Assembly: GCA_951406725.2 (NCBI GenBank)
Contig: OX597833.1
Location: 54,312,001-54,376,000 of the forward strand
Source: Octopus vulgaris
Lineage: Eukaryota
Reading direction: 5' to 3'
Length of the DNA stretch: 64,000 nt
The notes below the pieces were generated by a model. The model saw only the letters and a program-made list of their open reading frames with translations, did no database searches and had not been told where the DNA came from. Both the position numbers and the translations under genes were made by a program. The number at the start of each line of letters is the position of its first letter. The first letter of the stretch is position 1. This document shows positions 12,243 to 26,677 of the stretch, piece after piece.

Positions 12243-12699
12243 CTTGAAAGGATGAAAGGCAAAGTCAACTTCAGTGAAATTTGAACTCAGGACACAATGA
12301 GTTAGAAGAAATATCACTAAGTATTTTGTCTGAGGGTCTTACATTTCTGCCTGCTTGCCATTTTAACACTAACAATTATGATGATGATAAATTATGACAA
12401 TGACTAGAGTCACCATAATAATCCTTTCTTCTATAGGCACAAGGCCTGAAATTTTGGTGGGAAGTGTGGGCGGGGGGCAGTAAATTAGACCGATCCCCAG
12501 TACATGACTGGTACTTAATTTATCGCCCCTGAAAAGATGAAAGGCAAAGTCGACCTCGGAAGAATTTGTAGAGTTACCATAATAACGATGATTATGATAA
12601 CCCTTTCTGCTATAGGCACAAGGCCTGAAATATTGGGGGGAGGATAAGTTGATTAAATTGACCCTTGCCTGTGTTTGTGCCACGAGAAAAGCATGAAGT

Positions 12700-13140
12700 C
12701 CATTCTGCTGAGTGCTTGGTGTTTGGAAGGGCATCCAGCTGTAAAAATCCTGCCAAAACAGTCACAGAAGCCTGGTGCAGGCTCCGGCCTAGCCAGCTCT
12801 TGTAAAACCATCCCACCCATGCTAGAATGTTAAATGATGATGATGACGATGATGATGATGATGATGACGATGATGATGACGATGATGATGACGATGATGA
12901 TGACGACGACGATGATAATGATGACGATGATGATGGCGATGATGATGATGACGATGATGATGATGATGATGACGATGATGATGACGATGATGATGATGAT
13001 GATGATGATGATGACGATGATGATGACGATGATGATGACGACGATGATGATGATGATGATGACGATGATGACGACGATGATGACGACGATGATGATGACG
13101 ATGATGATGACGATGATGATGATGATGATTATGACAACGA
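12700..13140 (+). mobile_element. RTE-type 3' end plus ~300-bp (GAT/GAC)n tail
   Basis: ggaagggcatccagctgtaaaa...cccatgctagaatgttaaatgatgatg... Confidence 0.75.
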
Positions 13141-14194
13141 AGATGTGTGATTGGTGCTTTACTGTATCGATACCAGATGAATGAAAGGCAAGGTTAACCC
13201 CTAAAAGAGTGGAACTGAGATGATAAAGGGTCAGAATGAATACTGTATAGCATTTTCTTTTTATCTGACCACAACTAATATTTATGTCAATAAGAAGTCA
13301 CACATCACACAGATATCATATTGATAAAGGATTGTGTATGATATATATATTTATATTTATATTAACTGTCAACAATATTCATGTTTAAGAATAATTAATT
13401 TGGTACCCCACAAAAGTATAGAATAACCCCCCCACCCCGCCCAGATTAATGTAAAACTGTTTTCATTGTAACTAAACATAAAAAAAATATTAACGTATAT
13501 ACATAAATATATATAAATGTATATACATACATATATATACATATATATATATACACACACACATATATACTTATATATATGTGTATGTCTATGTATATAT
13601 ATGTGTATATATATACATATATATATATATATATACATATTTATATATATATATATAAAAATATATGTATGTATATGTGTGTGTGTATGTTTGTATGTAT
13701 GTGTGTTTGTCTGTATGTATTTTTTTTCTCTCTAGTTTCAGCTCAGGGCTGTGGCCATGCTGATGCACTGCCGTTAAATGTATGTATATATATGTTATAT
13801 GTAAGTATATATATATATGTGTGTGTATATATGTGTATGTACACACACACATACACACATACACATGTATATATATACACATATGTAAGTAATGACCCAG
13901 AGACAGGACATGTGTGATGTCTCATATACAAATGACATCATATACGAATTATATTTGTATGAAATAACAAAACATGAATCATAACTCAGTGATATCTCTC
14001 TAGCCCCAGCAAAACTATTATTATATATAAAATGTGATATCATTAATATATGATATCTGTAGTAGAATGATGAAGTGCTTTTAGATATATACCACAATTT
14101 GAGATTAAAAAAATATATATGAAAAAAAACAAACCCATTGCATTTTCCATCTCAATTTGGTACGTATAATATTTGATATCATTTTAATATCATG

Positions 14195-14916
14195 CTGGTG
14201 CCACGTTAAAGGCACCCGTGTCGGCCCCACGTAAGAAGCACCTGTGCTGGAGCCACATACAAAAGCTGCTGTTTGGGGGCCATGTAAAAAGCATCCATAT
14301 CAGTGCCACATTTAAAGCACCTGTGCCAGTGTGACGTCGGAGCGCCCAGTGCACTCTGTAAAGTGGTTGGCATTAGGAAGGGCATCCAGCTGTAGAAACC
14401 ATGCCAAAGCAGAGAGTTGGAACCTAATGCAGCTCTCTGGCTTTGTCAAACCATCCAGACCATGCCACCATGGAAAACGGATGTTAAATAATGATGATGA
14501 TGATGATGATGATGGGGGATGGTAGCAGTGGTGGTGGTGGTGGTGGTGGTGGTGATGATGATGTTGGTGATGGTGATGATGATGGTGATGATAATGAAGA
14601 TGGTGATGATGATGTTGATGATGATAATGATGGGGGATGGTGGCTGCGGTGGTGGTGGTGGTGGTGGTGGTGGTGGTGGTGGTGGATGATGATGATGATG
14701 GGATGATGATGGTGATGATGATGATGATGATGATGGGGGATGGTAGCTGTGGTTGTGGTGGTGGTGGTGGTGATAGTGGTGATGATGGTGATGGTGATGA
14801 TTATGAAGTAGAAGATGAAGATGATGATGATGAGAATGATGATGATGATTATGATGGTGATGATGATGATGATGAAGATGGTGATGATGATTATGGTGAT
14901 GATGATGGTGATGATG

Positions 14917-14948
<32 letters not shown>

Positions 14949-15002
14949 GCGGTGGTGGTAGTGGTGGTGGTGGTGATGGTGATGATGATGATGATGATGA
15001 TT

Positions 15003-15033
<31 letters not shown>

Positions 15034-15060
15034 AGAGGATGATGAAGAAGATGATGATTT
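14195..15060 (+). mobile_element. RTE-type 3' UTR with short gtgccacgtaaaagcacc-like repeats, followed by a GAT/GGT array
   Basis: Repeated ccacgtaa..agcacc units, then gtggttggcattaggaagggcatccagctgtagaaacc...ggaaaacggatgttaaa and the microsatellite. Confidence 0.75.
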
Positions 15061-15398
15061 TACATTGAAGACCTTAGTAAATTAATTCATTCTGCCAAAT
15101 GATCTTTCCTTGATTCACAAATGAAATTGTAATAGCTGGGTGGATAACTAAACTATCAATTAAAAAAGCAAGTGAAACACACTTAATTCTCAACCTGCTT
15201 TTTTTTTTTCTTGCAGAACAGTTAAGATTTGAGAAAATACTGGGTATCACCATATAAGGTGAACACTAGTGTCCTGAGGGTGCTGCTGTCTTCTGTCTCC
15301 CAATGCAGGAGTTGGTGCTTCATCAGGTGGTGAAGCTGCTCCGTAAGTGTCTCAGGTCTTCTGCCACAACATCAGATCTGCCCAAGGCCACCCACCAA

Positions 15399-16182
15399 TG
15401 TAGAGGACAAAATTTCCACACAAATAATATGAGCTTTATTAAATCAAATTTTGTGACTCTGGGCCAAATGTTTCTACCATCCCCATACTCATTCTTGCTA
15501 GGCTACTCATTGTAGAGGACAAAATTTCCACACAAACAACATGAGCTTTATTAAATCAAATTTTGTGACTCTGGGCCAAATGTTTCTACCATACCCATAC
15601 TCATTCTTGCTAGGCCACTCATTGTAGAGAACAAAATTTCCACACAAACAACATGAGCTTTATTAAATCAAATTTTGTGATTCAGGGCCAAATGTTTCTA
15701 CCATACCCATACTCATTCTTGCTAGGCCACTCATTGTAGAGGACAAAATTTCCACACAAACAACATGAGCTTTATTAAATCAAATTTTGTGACTCTGGGC
15801 CAAATGTTTCTACCATCCCCATACTCATTCTTGCTAGGCCACTCATTGTAGAGAACAAAATTTCCACACAAACAACATGAGCTTTATTAAATCAAATTTT
15901 GTGATTCAGGGCCAAATGTTTCTACCATACCCATACTCATTCTTGCTAGGCCACTCATTGTAGAGGACAAAATTTCCACACAAACAACATGAGCTTTATT
16001 AAATCAAATTTTGTGACTCTGGGCCAAATGTTTCTACCATCCCCATACTCATTCTTGCTAGGCCACTCATTGTAGAGGACAACATTTCCACACAAACAAC
16101 ATGAGCTTTATTAAATCAAATTTTGTGATTCTGGGCCAAATGTTTCTACCATACCCATAATCATTCTTGCTACACCACTCAT
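15399..16182. repeat. Tandem repeat, 112-bp unit x7
   Basis: Units start at 15399, 15511, 15623, 15735, 15847, 15959 and 16071 and are near identical. Confidence 0.97.
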
Positions 16183-16291
16183 CTTCTTCCTTGAACCAGA
16201 TGTAATGACTTTCTTTCTTAGCAGCTTCTGACAAATTTTCTATCCTTTGCAGCAAGTCCAAGACACTTGGGTATTAAATGCAAGATATTTA

Positions 16292-16561
16292 TTGAGTTGT
16301 CAGATAAATTTGCTTATTTTTTTCCCATTTATTTTAATCCTTTTCAGTGCTATTTGAATTAATACAAAAAAATATTTTTATCACCGTATTTTATGTTGTT
16401 GCTATTTTTTATGGGTTTTTTTCTTCCTCTACAATCTTTGTTTATAGTTTGTTTTTTTCTTTTTGAAATTTGAATAAATTTTACCTCATTTCAGACATGA
16501 TAATCGAGTGCCAAAAAGAGGGAGAAGAAAAAAAAACTAATGAATTTATCTGACAACCTAA
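16292..16561. mobile_element. Tc1/mariner-type MITE
   Basis: TA|ttgagttgtcagataaatt ... aatttatctgacaacctaa|TA imperfect TIRs with TA flanks. Confidence 0.7.
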
Positions 16562-16924
16562 TATAACAAATTTGGTAACTTCAGTGTCAAGATTGAGTCC
16601 TTTCATACAAGACTATATGACTAATATGTCAGCAGTATATGACATCATTGATATATGATATATTTGAAATATGACCATACTGACATTATTTATCTCTGGA
16701 TGACCATTCACTGATATTTTTTTTTGCTGTTCTTTTCTTTTCAGGAAAATTAATATTCCAAGAACGAACATTATCAAATGTTTGGAGTGGTAGAATTGCT
16801 GGTAAGGCAAGGAAAAAAAAATGGCTTTATGGTATTTTATTAATATACTTTTATGTTATGAGTTTAAATCCTACATGGGTTAACTTTGCTTTTTATTCTT
16901 TAGGGGTTGTTAAAATACAAACCA

Positions 16925-17155
16925 ATTTCTTTACTACCCACAAGGGGCTAAACACAGAGAGGACAAACAAGGACAGAGAAACGGATTAAGTCGATTATAT
17001 CAACCCCAGTGCGTAACTGGTACTTATTTAATCGATCCCGAAAGAATGAAAGGCAAAGTCGACCCCGGCGGAATTTGAACTCAGAACGTAGCGGCAGATG
17101 AAATACTGCTAAGCATTTTGCCCTGCGTGCTAACGTTTCTGCCAGCTCACAGCCT
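16925..17155 (-). mobile_element. SINE family B
   Basis: Well-preserved reverse-complement copy ending tttactacccacaaggggctaaacacag. Confidence 0.88.
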
Positions 17156-17299
17156 TATTGTTAAAATACATACCAGTTATGTACTAGGTTGATGTATTTG
17201 ATTATCTCTGAGCTCTTAGATGCTCCAGTGTTATTAGAAACAATGGGCAACAAGCCTCCTTAAAAATCACCAGTTGCTTGCATTCCCCCTTAACTTCAC

Positions 17300-17690
17300 T
17301 CAGGCTGGCTCCCATTACTATCATGTTATCCTAGAATGTACTGTACCACATCTTCCTTAGTCTTCCACTCAGTTTTTTCCTCCTTCCAGTGTCCACTCCA
17401 TCACTATGCCAGCATGTCTCTCCTGCAGTAATTGGAACACAGGACCAGTAAACCACGTCCACCACTTAGTCACCATGTCCTGCAAATTTCTTATGCCAGC
17501 TCTTCTCATCACCTCTGCATTTCACACTGTATCGCAGTAAGAAATGCCCAAGATTGAACACAGGCAACATCAATGGAACATGTCCAACAATTGAGAGATT
17601 TTCACTGCCTTCTTTCAAGTTTAACAGAAATGGATGGCTGTTGATATATGCCACTGTTAAACAGCAGCATCATGTATCCAAGAATTGGCT
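17300..17690 (-). pseudogene. Decayed non-LTR (RTE-like) ORF2 C-terminal fragment
   Basis: Manual minus-strand translation CLCSILGISYCDTV*NAEVMRRAG...WWTWFTGPV resembles the CLRRILGISWxDxVxNxEVLRRA...RLRWxGHV motif. Confidence 0.6.
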
Positions 17691-19537
17691 AAACCATGTG
17701 ATAGAAAACCATATAAAAACACAGACATGGCTGTGTAGCTAAGAATTTCTGTGGACCAGAGCAATGTGATAGGAAGTGCTTTGCTCAAGAACACAATGTA
17801 TTGTATTGTCTAAGAATTAAAACCAAGATTTTGCAATTGAGAGTGCCGCACCCTAAGCACTAGGCCTTGTACTTTCGTCCTTTTGGGGGATGGGACCAAT
17901 AAAATAAGTGTTAGTTAAGTACTGGAGTCAATTGTATATGAAACTTGATAGCAGACTAAAGGCAGATTTTGCTCTCTCACATATTTATACTCTCCTGAAA
18001 GATGATGCAATATATTGTAAGAATTGCACCATTACATAGAAATATTGCATCACCCTATAACCTAGCAGATTGAAGGTGATACAATACCACACAAATTTAT
18101 AGGAATATTTTCATAATTTTTCCTATTTTATCTAAAATTCAGGAAATAAATTGAATACGATTTTGTCTATTTTATATCTGATAAATAACTAAGAAAATAA
18201 TATTTGATACTGCAATAATTCTGTTTAGAATGACAAGAATATTGTCTGGATTTAATTCGAGGGTCCAGTGGACCCATATAGTAATTGATATATAAAATGA
18301 AATGTTCTAGCTTTTATAAACATACAGAAATTTTCCCATTTGACAAATAAAAGAGAGTCAAGAAAAAATAAGTCGTGAGAAATCAATGGAATCAAAAATA
18401 TAAACAGCAGAAAAAAGCAATTGAAAAAGCTGAAATGGGTCCATTGAACCCATAGGTAGACTGAAGGTTAACCATCTGCAAACACATTGCTTAAATATCC
18501 ACCAAATACAACAATGTAACACAATTGGATATACCAGTTTTATATGATAAACACATTTCTGGAAACTGGTACTTATGCATTAATTGCTGGTAGGGACACT
18601 GTATTTCTTTATGCAACTGCAATATACAAGCTGGTATATTAAAGGCTTATTAAGTCAATACTGTATCACATTTGTGTAAAGCAGTGCTATTCTTTCAGGT
18701 AAAAACTATCTAACATCCAGTTTACATTAAAATCTCTTTCCTTTGAGAGTAAGAAATAAGCTAAAACTGTTTTTAGCATCATTTTTCTAATGAAAGAAAC
18801 CTTACTTTGAACATATGGCTTTACTAAAATCATCTCATTTGAAAATAACGCTAACCAAAATAATTGCACCTAGATTACTGCAATATGAGATCACATGAGT
18901 GAAACTGTATTCAAACGAACTCGGTTTCGAGGTAACGAATTAATGAGTAAATACATAAATAAATAAACAATGAGAAATGAATAACATAGAAACTATCAAT
19001 ACTGTATAGTTAACATGGATTCAATAATGTTCCAGGAAAGATGACACTTCAATCATTTGCTAACGTAAATCTAGCATGAGATCTATAAAAGCTTATTCAT
19101 TTGGTAATGAGCTTGACAGATGAATGAAGAGATCCAATTATATAAAAATTCTAATTTATCCTTGCGACATTCCTTTAGTCTTTGATATTAATCCTTTGCA
19201 AAAGAAAAAAAAAAAAGGACGAAAGAAAGAAAAATCATTATTATTATTATTATTATTATCATTTATGGGCTTATTATTTATTTTTTGTTTTGTTTTGTTT
19301 TGCATTCTCTTCATCATTTGTGATTGGTTCAGCCATAAAAGGAAGAAATCTATCAAGGAATGGCCTAATGATTTATTGGACGGTCAATCATTTTGATTCA
19401 ATGGGAATAAAGAACTACACCATGGATGAAAAATCAGACATAATGCAAATTAATTGGACCCTTGTATGTCAGCATCAGAACATGTGCTGTGTATGTATCT
19501 ATTGTATATTGACATTTGTGTGTGTGTGTGTATATGT

Positions 19538-19569
<32 letters not shown>

Positions 19570-20007
19570 TAGAGAGATTGATAGAGAGAGAGTAAGCATT
19601 ATTGGATTGTTGCATGTATGAGTATCTATGGCTTGCAAATGAATGTGTGTATGTGTGTGTGTGTCTGTGTGTCTGTGTGTGTGTACGTGTGTGTGTCTGT
19701 GTGCATGTGCATCTTCACAATAAAATGACAAAGAACAGTCTCGCAACATCGAATTCTTCAACGCAAATGCTCTCAGATGTTGCCACACCACAACGCTCGC
19801 CATTCTCTAAGCATCAGACATCATCGGAGAACAAACAGCAGAATGCAGAATGGCACAGTCACTACAAGGGATTATTTAAAGAGTCCGCCCTGACATCAAT
19901 CCCATAATTGTCTTGCGGGGTTTCTAATTTTCTAACTCCTGAAAGTTCTTCAGGATTACCCGTGATAGAATATGAATAAATAAATAAATGAATAAATAAA
20001 TGGATAA

Positions 20008-20141
20008 ATCATCATCATCATCATCATCATCACGATCATCATCATCATCATCATCATCATAACCACCACCATCATCATCATCACCATCATCATCACCACC
20101 ATCATCACCACCACCACCACAACCACCACCACCATCACTAA

Positions 20142-20173
<32 letters not shown>

Positions 20174-20229
20174 CCACCATCATCATCATCATCACCACCA
20201 CCACCACCACCACCACCACCACCACCACC

Positions 20230-20286
<57 letters not shown>

Positions 20287-20450
20287 TTTTAATGTCCGTT
20301 TTCTACACTTGGCGCAGGTTGGATGGCTTGACCAGAGCTGGCAAGCAGGAGAGCTGCACCAGGCTCCAGTCTGGTTTGGCCTGGTTTCTACAGCTGGATG
20401 CCCTTCCTGATGCCAACCCCTTTACAGAGTGTGCTGGGTGATTTTTAACA
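20008..20450 (-). mobile_element. RTE-type 3' end with (ATC/ACC)n tail
   Basis: catc array abutting tttaatgtccgttttc...ctacagctggatgcccttcctgatgccaacc. Confidence 0.75.
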
Positions 20451-20679
20451 TGACATTGGCTCGAGCGCTCTTACATGGCGCCAGAATGTGTTTTTTGTAT
20501 GTGTGGCACCAACAGAGCACTCTTGTAAGTCAATCCTCTTCAACAGGGGATAGGGCCTTAATGCATCTGCTGTGGAGGATGGGTCTCATCGGGTCTCACC
20601 ATCATCATCATCAACCTTTAACGTCTGTTTTCCATGCTGGCAAGAATAAAGAGAATAAAAATATGAATAAAGATATATA

Positions 20680-20842
20680 GGTCCAGGAGTGGCTGTGTGG
20701 TAAGTAGCTTGCTAACTAACCACATGGTTCCGGGTTCAGTCCCACTGCGTGGCATCTTGGGCAAGTGTCTTCTGCTATAGCCCCGGGCCGACCAAAGCCT
20801 TGTGAGTGGATTTGGTAGACAGAAACTGAAAGAAGCCTGTCG

Positions 20843-20879
<37 letters not shown>

Positions 20880-21086
20880 TTGTGTGTTTGTGTTTGTCCC
20901 CCTGGCATTGCTTGACAACTGATGCTGGTGTGTTCACGTCCCCGTCACTTAGCAGTTCAGCAAAAGAGACCGATAGAATAAGTACTGGGCTTACAAAGAA
21001 TAAGTCCTGGGGTCGATTTGCTCGACTAAAGGCGGTGCTCCAGCATGGCCGCAGTCAAATGACTGAAACAAGTAAAAGAGAAAAAG
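20680..21086 (+). mobile_element. SINE family A, full length
   Basis: Complete head, internal microsatellite and gtaaaaga tail. Confidence 0.93.
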
Positions 21087-21167
21087 AGAGAGAAAAAAAG
21101 ATATACATATACATATATACACATGAATAAATACATATGAAGATATATATATATATATATATATATA

Positions 21168-21561
21168 GCGGAGATGTACTCGCATAGCAAGTAATTTGAT
21201 CTGAGATCGTATGCTGAAACGAAAACAATTGCAGCGTGGAAGGTGTTTATAAGCCATTTAAGAAACACACAAAAGCCGTTCGATTCATTTCAACATTTAA
21301 GTTTAATTTGTCAAAATATTTTCGTCGCTAAAATCCGCGACCTGTTCACTGACAAAAATCCGTGCTGTCAAAATATTTTTGTCGCTAAAATCCCGACCTG
21401 TTCACTGACAAAAATCCGTGCTGCAGCACGGATTTTTGTCAGTGAACAGGTCGCGGATTTTAGTGACGAAAATATTTTGACAAATTAAACTTAAATGTTG
21501 AAGTGAATCGAACGGCTTTTGTGTGTTTCTTAAATGGCTTATAAACACCTTTCACGCTGCA

Positions 21562-21566
<5 letters not shown>
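21168..21566. mobile_element. TA-flanked fold-back element with three hammerhead-like motifs (G3-C8 core)
   Basis: Inverted arms 21225-21423 / 21424-21566, with an internal ~56-bp duplication in the left arm; motif tttgtca GTGAACA g gtcgc...gcgac GAA aatatt t tgacaaa. Confidence 0.8.
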
Positions 21567-21596
<30 letters not shown>

Positions 21597-21973
21597 GAAT
21601 AAATACATATAAATATATACATATATATGTATGTATATATATACCAGTATAAATATATTTTTGAATTATGATAAATAAATTTGCTCACTCAACATAGACC
21701 ATTCAGATCAGTGACATCTCATGCCAGATGTACAAAATCTTTCGGACATTAGAATACCATTGCGTCGTTGTTCTGTCAAAGAATTTCGGCTTCATCTAGA
21801 AGCTGCTTCTTTTGGTAACTGATTTATATAGTCTTGCTGGCTGGCTGGCTAAAAAGAACCTCCCCTTCTTCTCCAAACCAACTACCGCCACCACCACCAA
21901 CACCACCACCACCACCACATCCATCTCCATCTTTCCCGTACGTTAAACAACAGCACCAACAACAACAACAACA

Positions 21974-22016
<43 letters not shown>

Positions 22017-22453
22017 ATACTACTACTACTACTACTAATACTACTAATACTGCTACCACTACCTGGGCCACACATCATGTTCGCTCAAGCGAAAAATCTT
22101 TCATTACTGTACCAAGTCAGGTGGATATATTTGGAATTTAAAGATTGATAATTTTTTACTTCAGTAGAATCTATTAACGGTAATGATGGCGAGAAGGATG
22201 AGAGAGGGATGTGTGTGTGTGTGTGTGTGTGTGTACATGTGTGCGTGCATGTGTGCATGCGTGTGTATGTATATGTGGAGGGGTGGCGAGGTAGGTGGTG
22301 TGGGCTCTGGATAATGATGACAATATCCTGAATGTTTGTATAAGTCAGTGTGTGTGAGTGTGTGTGTGCATGTGTGTGTGAGTGTCTAAACCTGAGTATA
22401 TTCTAGTATGTCCAAGTGTATAAATATTATAAGTGTGTGTATATATATGTGTT

Positions 22454-22498
<45 letters not shown>

Positions 22499-22511
22499 TC
22501 CTATACATATA

Positions 22512-22546
<35 letters not shown>

Positions 22547-22621
22547 TTGTATATATATACTCAAATAAATATATATATGCATATGTGTAGAAGCAACAAT
22601 TCTATTCTTCACTTGTCCTTG

Positions 22622-22702
<81 letters not shown>

Positions 22703-23028
22703 TTATAAATTTACATACATATATATAGATATATATGTATACAGAAATATGTATGTATATAGCATGGAAAACGGACGCTAAATGATGATGATGATATGTG
22801 AAGCTCTATATAAGGATGGATAAATATATATTTGTGTATACATATATATTTATACATACATACACACTCACATCTACTTATATATATGTATGTATGTATA
22901 TAAGGATGTGTATACATATATTTGTATAAACGTATCTGTGAGTATATCTGTATACACATCTGAGAATATTGATAATATTAAGTTATTTGAAATTGCTAAT
23001 ATACACACCCACAGACATACATATGGAT

Positions 23029-23072
<44 letters not shown>

Positions 23073-23385
23073 GTATCTATGCATGTATGTATCTAGGTTT
23101 GTAAGTAGCTTATAAGGATATGTGTCTATATGCCCACATGTATGTATAGTTGTGGGTGCATGTGTTTGTATTGTATTTATATCACTATAGTAAACTTTGT
23201 ATAAAGATATCTGTGTAGACATTGTACAGCTGTATATGCATGTGCATACATATATGTATGTGCATACATATATGTATGTCAGTAAACCTGAACCTGAGCA
23301 TGAGCATTTCTGTATATATTTGACATATACATGCAAATATATATATATATCTATACATATGTGTGTGTGTATATATATATATATG

Positions 23386-23455
<70 letters not shown>

Positions 23456-24168
23456 TATAGATAGATAGATAGATAGATAGATAGACAGATGGATAGATAG
23501 ATAGCTTGACTGATTGATAGATATATATAAATATATATATGTTATATGCATATTTATGTACATTTATATGCATGTGTATGTATGCATGTATATGTATATA
23601 TATACATGAATATCCCCCCCCCACATATATATATGTAGATAGATAGAAATACTATATATATATATATACATATATTAGTTTATGTATATATATCACAGAA
23701 CCCATATAGTTTACTCTAAGGAGATAAATTCCAAGTTTGGGTAGAATTGGTGGGTATTGAATGTCCATGCAGGCATAAGATTAACGGTCAATAAAAAAAA
23801 AACAACCAAGAATAGTTTATTCCAAAAATAGTAACATTTTTCTTTTTCTATTAGCGTGAAACTCATAGCTATGAATTCTATTTTATCATATTTCATGTTC
23901 TCTTTCATGCTATTATTTTAAACGTTCTATTTTATTTCTAGATGTGTATATATGTATCATTGCTGCGATTTCTGAAATTGCTATACCCATGCTAGCATGG
24001 ACTGGACAGAGACATCTTCAGGTGGTTTTCTACAGTTTGATGCCTTCACTGTTGCCAACCATTACATGTTTTCAGACTGGTTTTCGCATATCAAAAGCAG
24101 TAGGGCATAAGAAAATCACCACTGACTGATATAAATGTAAACATGCAGAGTCAAATGCACACACACAT

Positions 24169-24204
<36 letters not shown>

Positions 24205-24242
24205 ATGAATATATACATATATATATGTGCAGGTGTGGCTAT

Positions 24243-24404
24243 AGGCACAGGTGTAGCTGTGTGGTAACAAGCTTGCTTCCCAATCACATGGTTCCAGGTT
24301 CAGTCCCACTGTGTGGCAGCTTGGGCAAGTGTCTTCTACTATAGCCTCGGGCAGACCAAAGCCTTGTGAGTGGATTTGGTAGATGGAAACTGAAAGAAGC
24401 CTGA
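24243..24404 (+). mobile_element. SINE family A, 5' half
   Basis: Head through gaaagaagcctg, ending at the TA tract. Confidence 0.85.
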
Positions 24405-24721
24405 CATATATATAAATATATATGTATATATATAGAGAGAGAGATAGAGTTTACAATTTATAGGAAAATCCAGGGGAATAATCCCAAGGTAGCTAAATGT
24501 TGCTTAAGTATCCCAGGATTTAATTCGAGGATAGTAAATTGTATTTAGTAGAAAATAGGAAAATTGAATAAGGAGACGAATGCTCAGGATGTTGTCAAAC
24601 CATTTATATCTTGAATTCTTCTACATATGTTTCAACAGATGCACTTGGAAAAGCCTCAGAGTTCTCTCTTCATTCACCAGTCTATATAAAAACGCAATAA
24701 ACAATCTGAAATGCTCTCCCA

Positions 24722-24771
<50 letters not shown>

Positions 24772-26677
24772 GCTCATTTCACTAAAAGGAAAGAGAGTGC
24801 AGTAGAGAATGAACACAAAAAAAAAAATGGGAGATTGTTACAAACATTTTGTTGAAATTCTCTGATGTGTCTTTCATTTGAAAATTTCTTAGCAGACATC
24901 TTGTGAGAATGTCATTTTTCGAATTTTAGCTGTCCTTGTCCTGTAGTATTATTAAAACGATTTTGTTAAAGAAAGATGAAGACTGTGTTTTACTTCTGTT
25001 GCTAACATACGTGTAATTAGATGCAAATACAATAGATCAAAATATAATAAAAAAGTTGTCACAATCTCTAAATACAGAAAGAAAGGTCAGTTGAAAATCT
25101 CTTGATTGGGTTGACTAATGAATGCCTATGAGTAATAACTTATCTTAAATTTATTTGCTGTCACTCAGTTGTTAGACTTTTGTTGAGAACCATCATTCAC
25201 TTCTACCTTATTTCAGTTTACTGGAAAACAAGTAAGCCAGTTTCTATTAAAGAAGCAGTAACAAGTATTTGTTTATTCAATTACAAGTGCATTTAGTGAT
25301 GGTAGTGAAGATTATTTGACAGATGTTTTCATGGCATCAACAGAGTTGATGAAATTTTTTTCAATAAGTGTAGGAAATTTTAATAAAATTAGTTTTAAAG
25401 ATTTCGTATTATTTACAAAAAAATCGTTATTTGCATCATGTACCGCAGTATCTGGAAGAAATATTTGCATATTTATTCTTGATGTGTCTTGACGGGCTCA
25501 GACACAAAATATTCTGGTAGCCGCAGTGTATGTCATAGGAAAATAACTTGTCTTTTATGATGACACTGTGTTCAACACACTCAGCTCATTGCTGCACTGG
25601 ATTCTGGGACATCAGTGTTTTGACATATTTATGCTATCCAGTAAACTGATACGGCAGCAACTTAAAAAATTTCTTAGCTGTGTTTGTTTGAGCATTCAAA
25701 ATAAGAATTGGAATATACCATTAAATTTTCTTGTGTCTATTTGTGTCTGGAAGCTGAAGATCTGGTTATAAATTCTATCCTATCCAAAAATCCACAACAG
25801 TTGAATGCTTCATTATAGAATTACAAAGCATTTGTTAAAGCAGCTACATCTGAAGATAAAAGTGATATATGTTTACTAACAATGAAGACTAAATTACAGA
25901 GAATACTAAATGAGTGGTTAGAATCATTAATAATATAAAATTACATTACATTTCCGAAAAGGGGAAGATTTATTAGCCCTTAAATCTAAATTTATATCTG
26001 GAAAATTAACTTTTGCAATTTTTAAATCTAATTCACTGAAAAATAAAATACGTCTGTGTTATTCCCATTTTATTACACAAAAAACATAATCTGTCATCAA
26101 CAATAAACCCCACCTTCAACTCCAATGTTACGAACCATGTATTCAAAAAATCTAAACCAAAACACCATGATTCCATACATCTCTATCCTATCAAAGGCAT
26201 CCAAGACTACATCAAAGAATTTTTCTTCCTTTTTTCTTTACCCAGGTGGCATTTTTGAAAAACACTGGGAACTTCACAGTATGATGAATAACATTAATAT
26301 CTGAGTCACTAATTCCATTATTCCGTATTATCTAATTAGATTTATGCATGCCTGCATGTAAGTAATCCATCTCTCTGCCAGTCTGTCCGTCTGGCGCTTG
26401 TACAAGCAATGTCGATTTGATGGAGGGGGTGAGCTTATGTGCAGCTCAAGCATTTGACCACTGTAAACAAATCATCTCAGCAGATTGTTCAGCAAGAAAT
26501 TGTAGAAGTGTCTTTCTCAGATCTAGAGACTAACATTGGTCAATTAATTACACACACATATATGCATATAGCTACACATATACATATATATACATATACA
26601 TATGCACACTCACACACACACACATGCATGTTTGTTATGTATATATATATATATATATATATTTGCAAATTCGATGA

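Noticed and set aside
18250-18472. piggyBac-like end (...gaaggTTAA) with a repeated gggtcca.tg.accc word
   Set aside because: Matching left terminus not found.
20680-20755. tRNA genes at SINE heads
   Set aside because: A/B boxes are present but no complete cloverleaf could be drawn, and each head runs into a SINE body repeated through the window.
19700-22150. Unique-looking stretches (19700-19940, 21700-22150) as host exons
   Set aside because: No recognisable protein similarity or consistent splice pair; could be UTR but unsupported.
25560-25680. Minus VPESSAA resembling a hAT dimerisation motif
   Set aside because: Only a few residues match, with stops and shifts.
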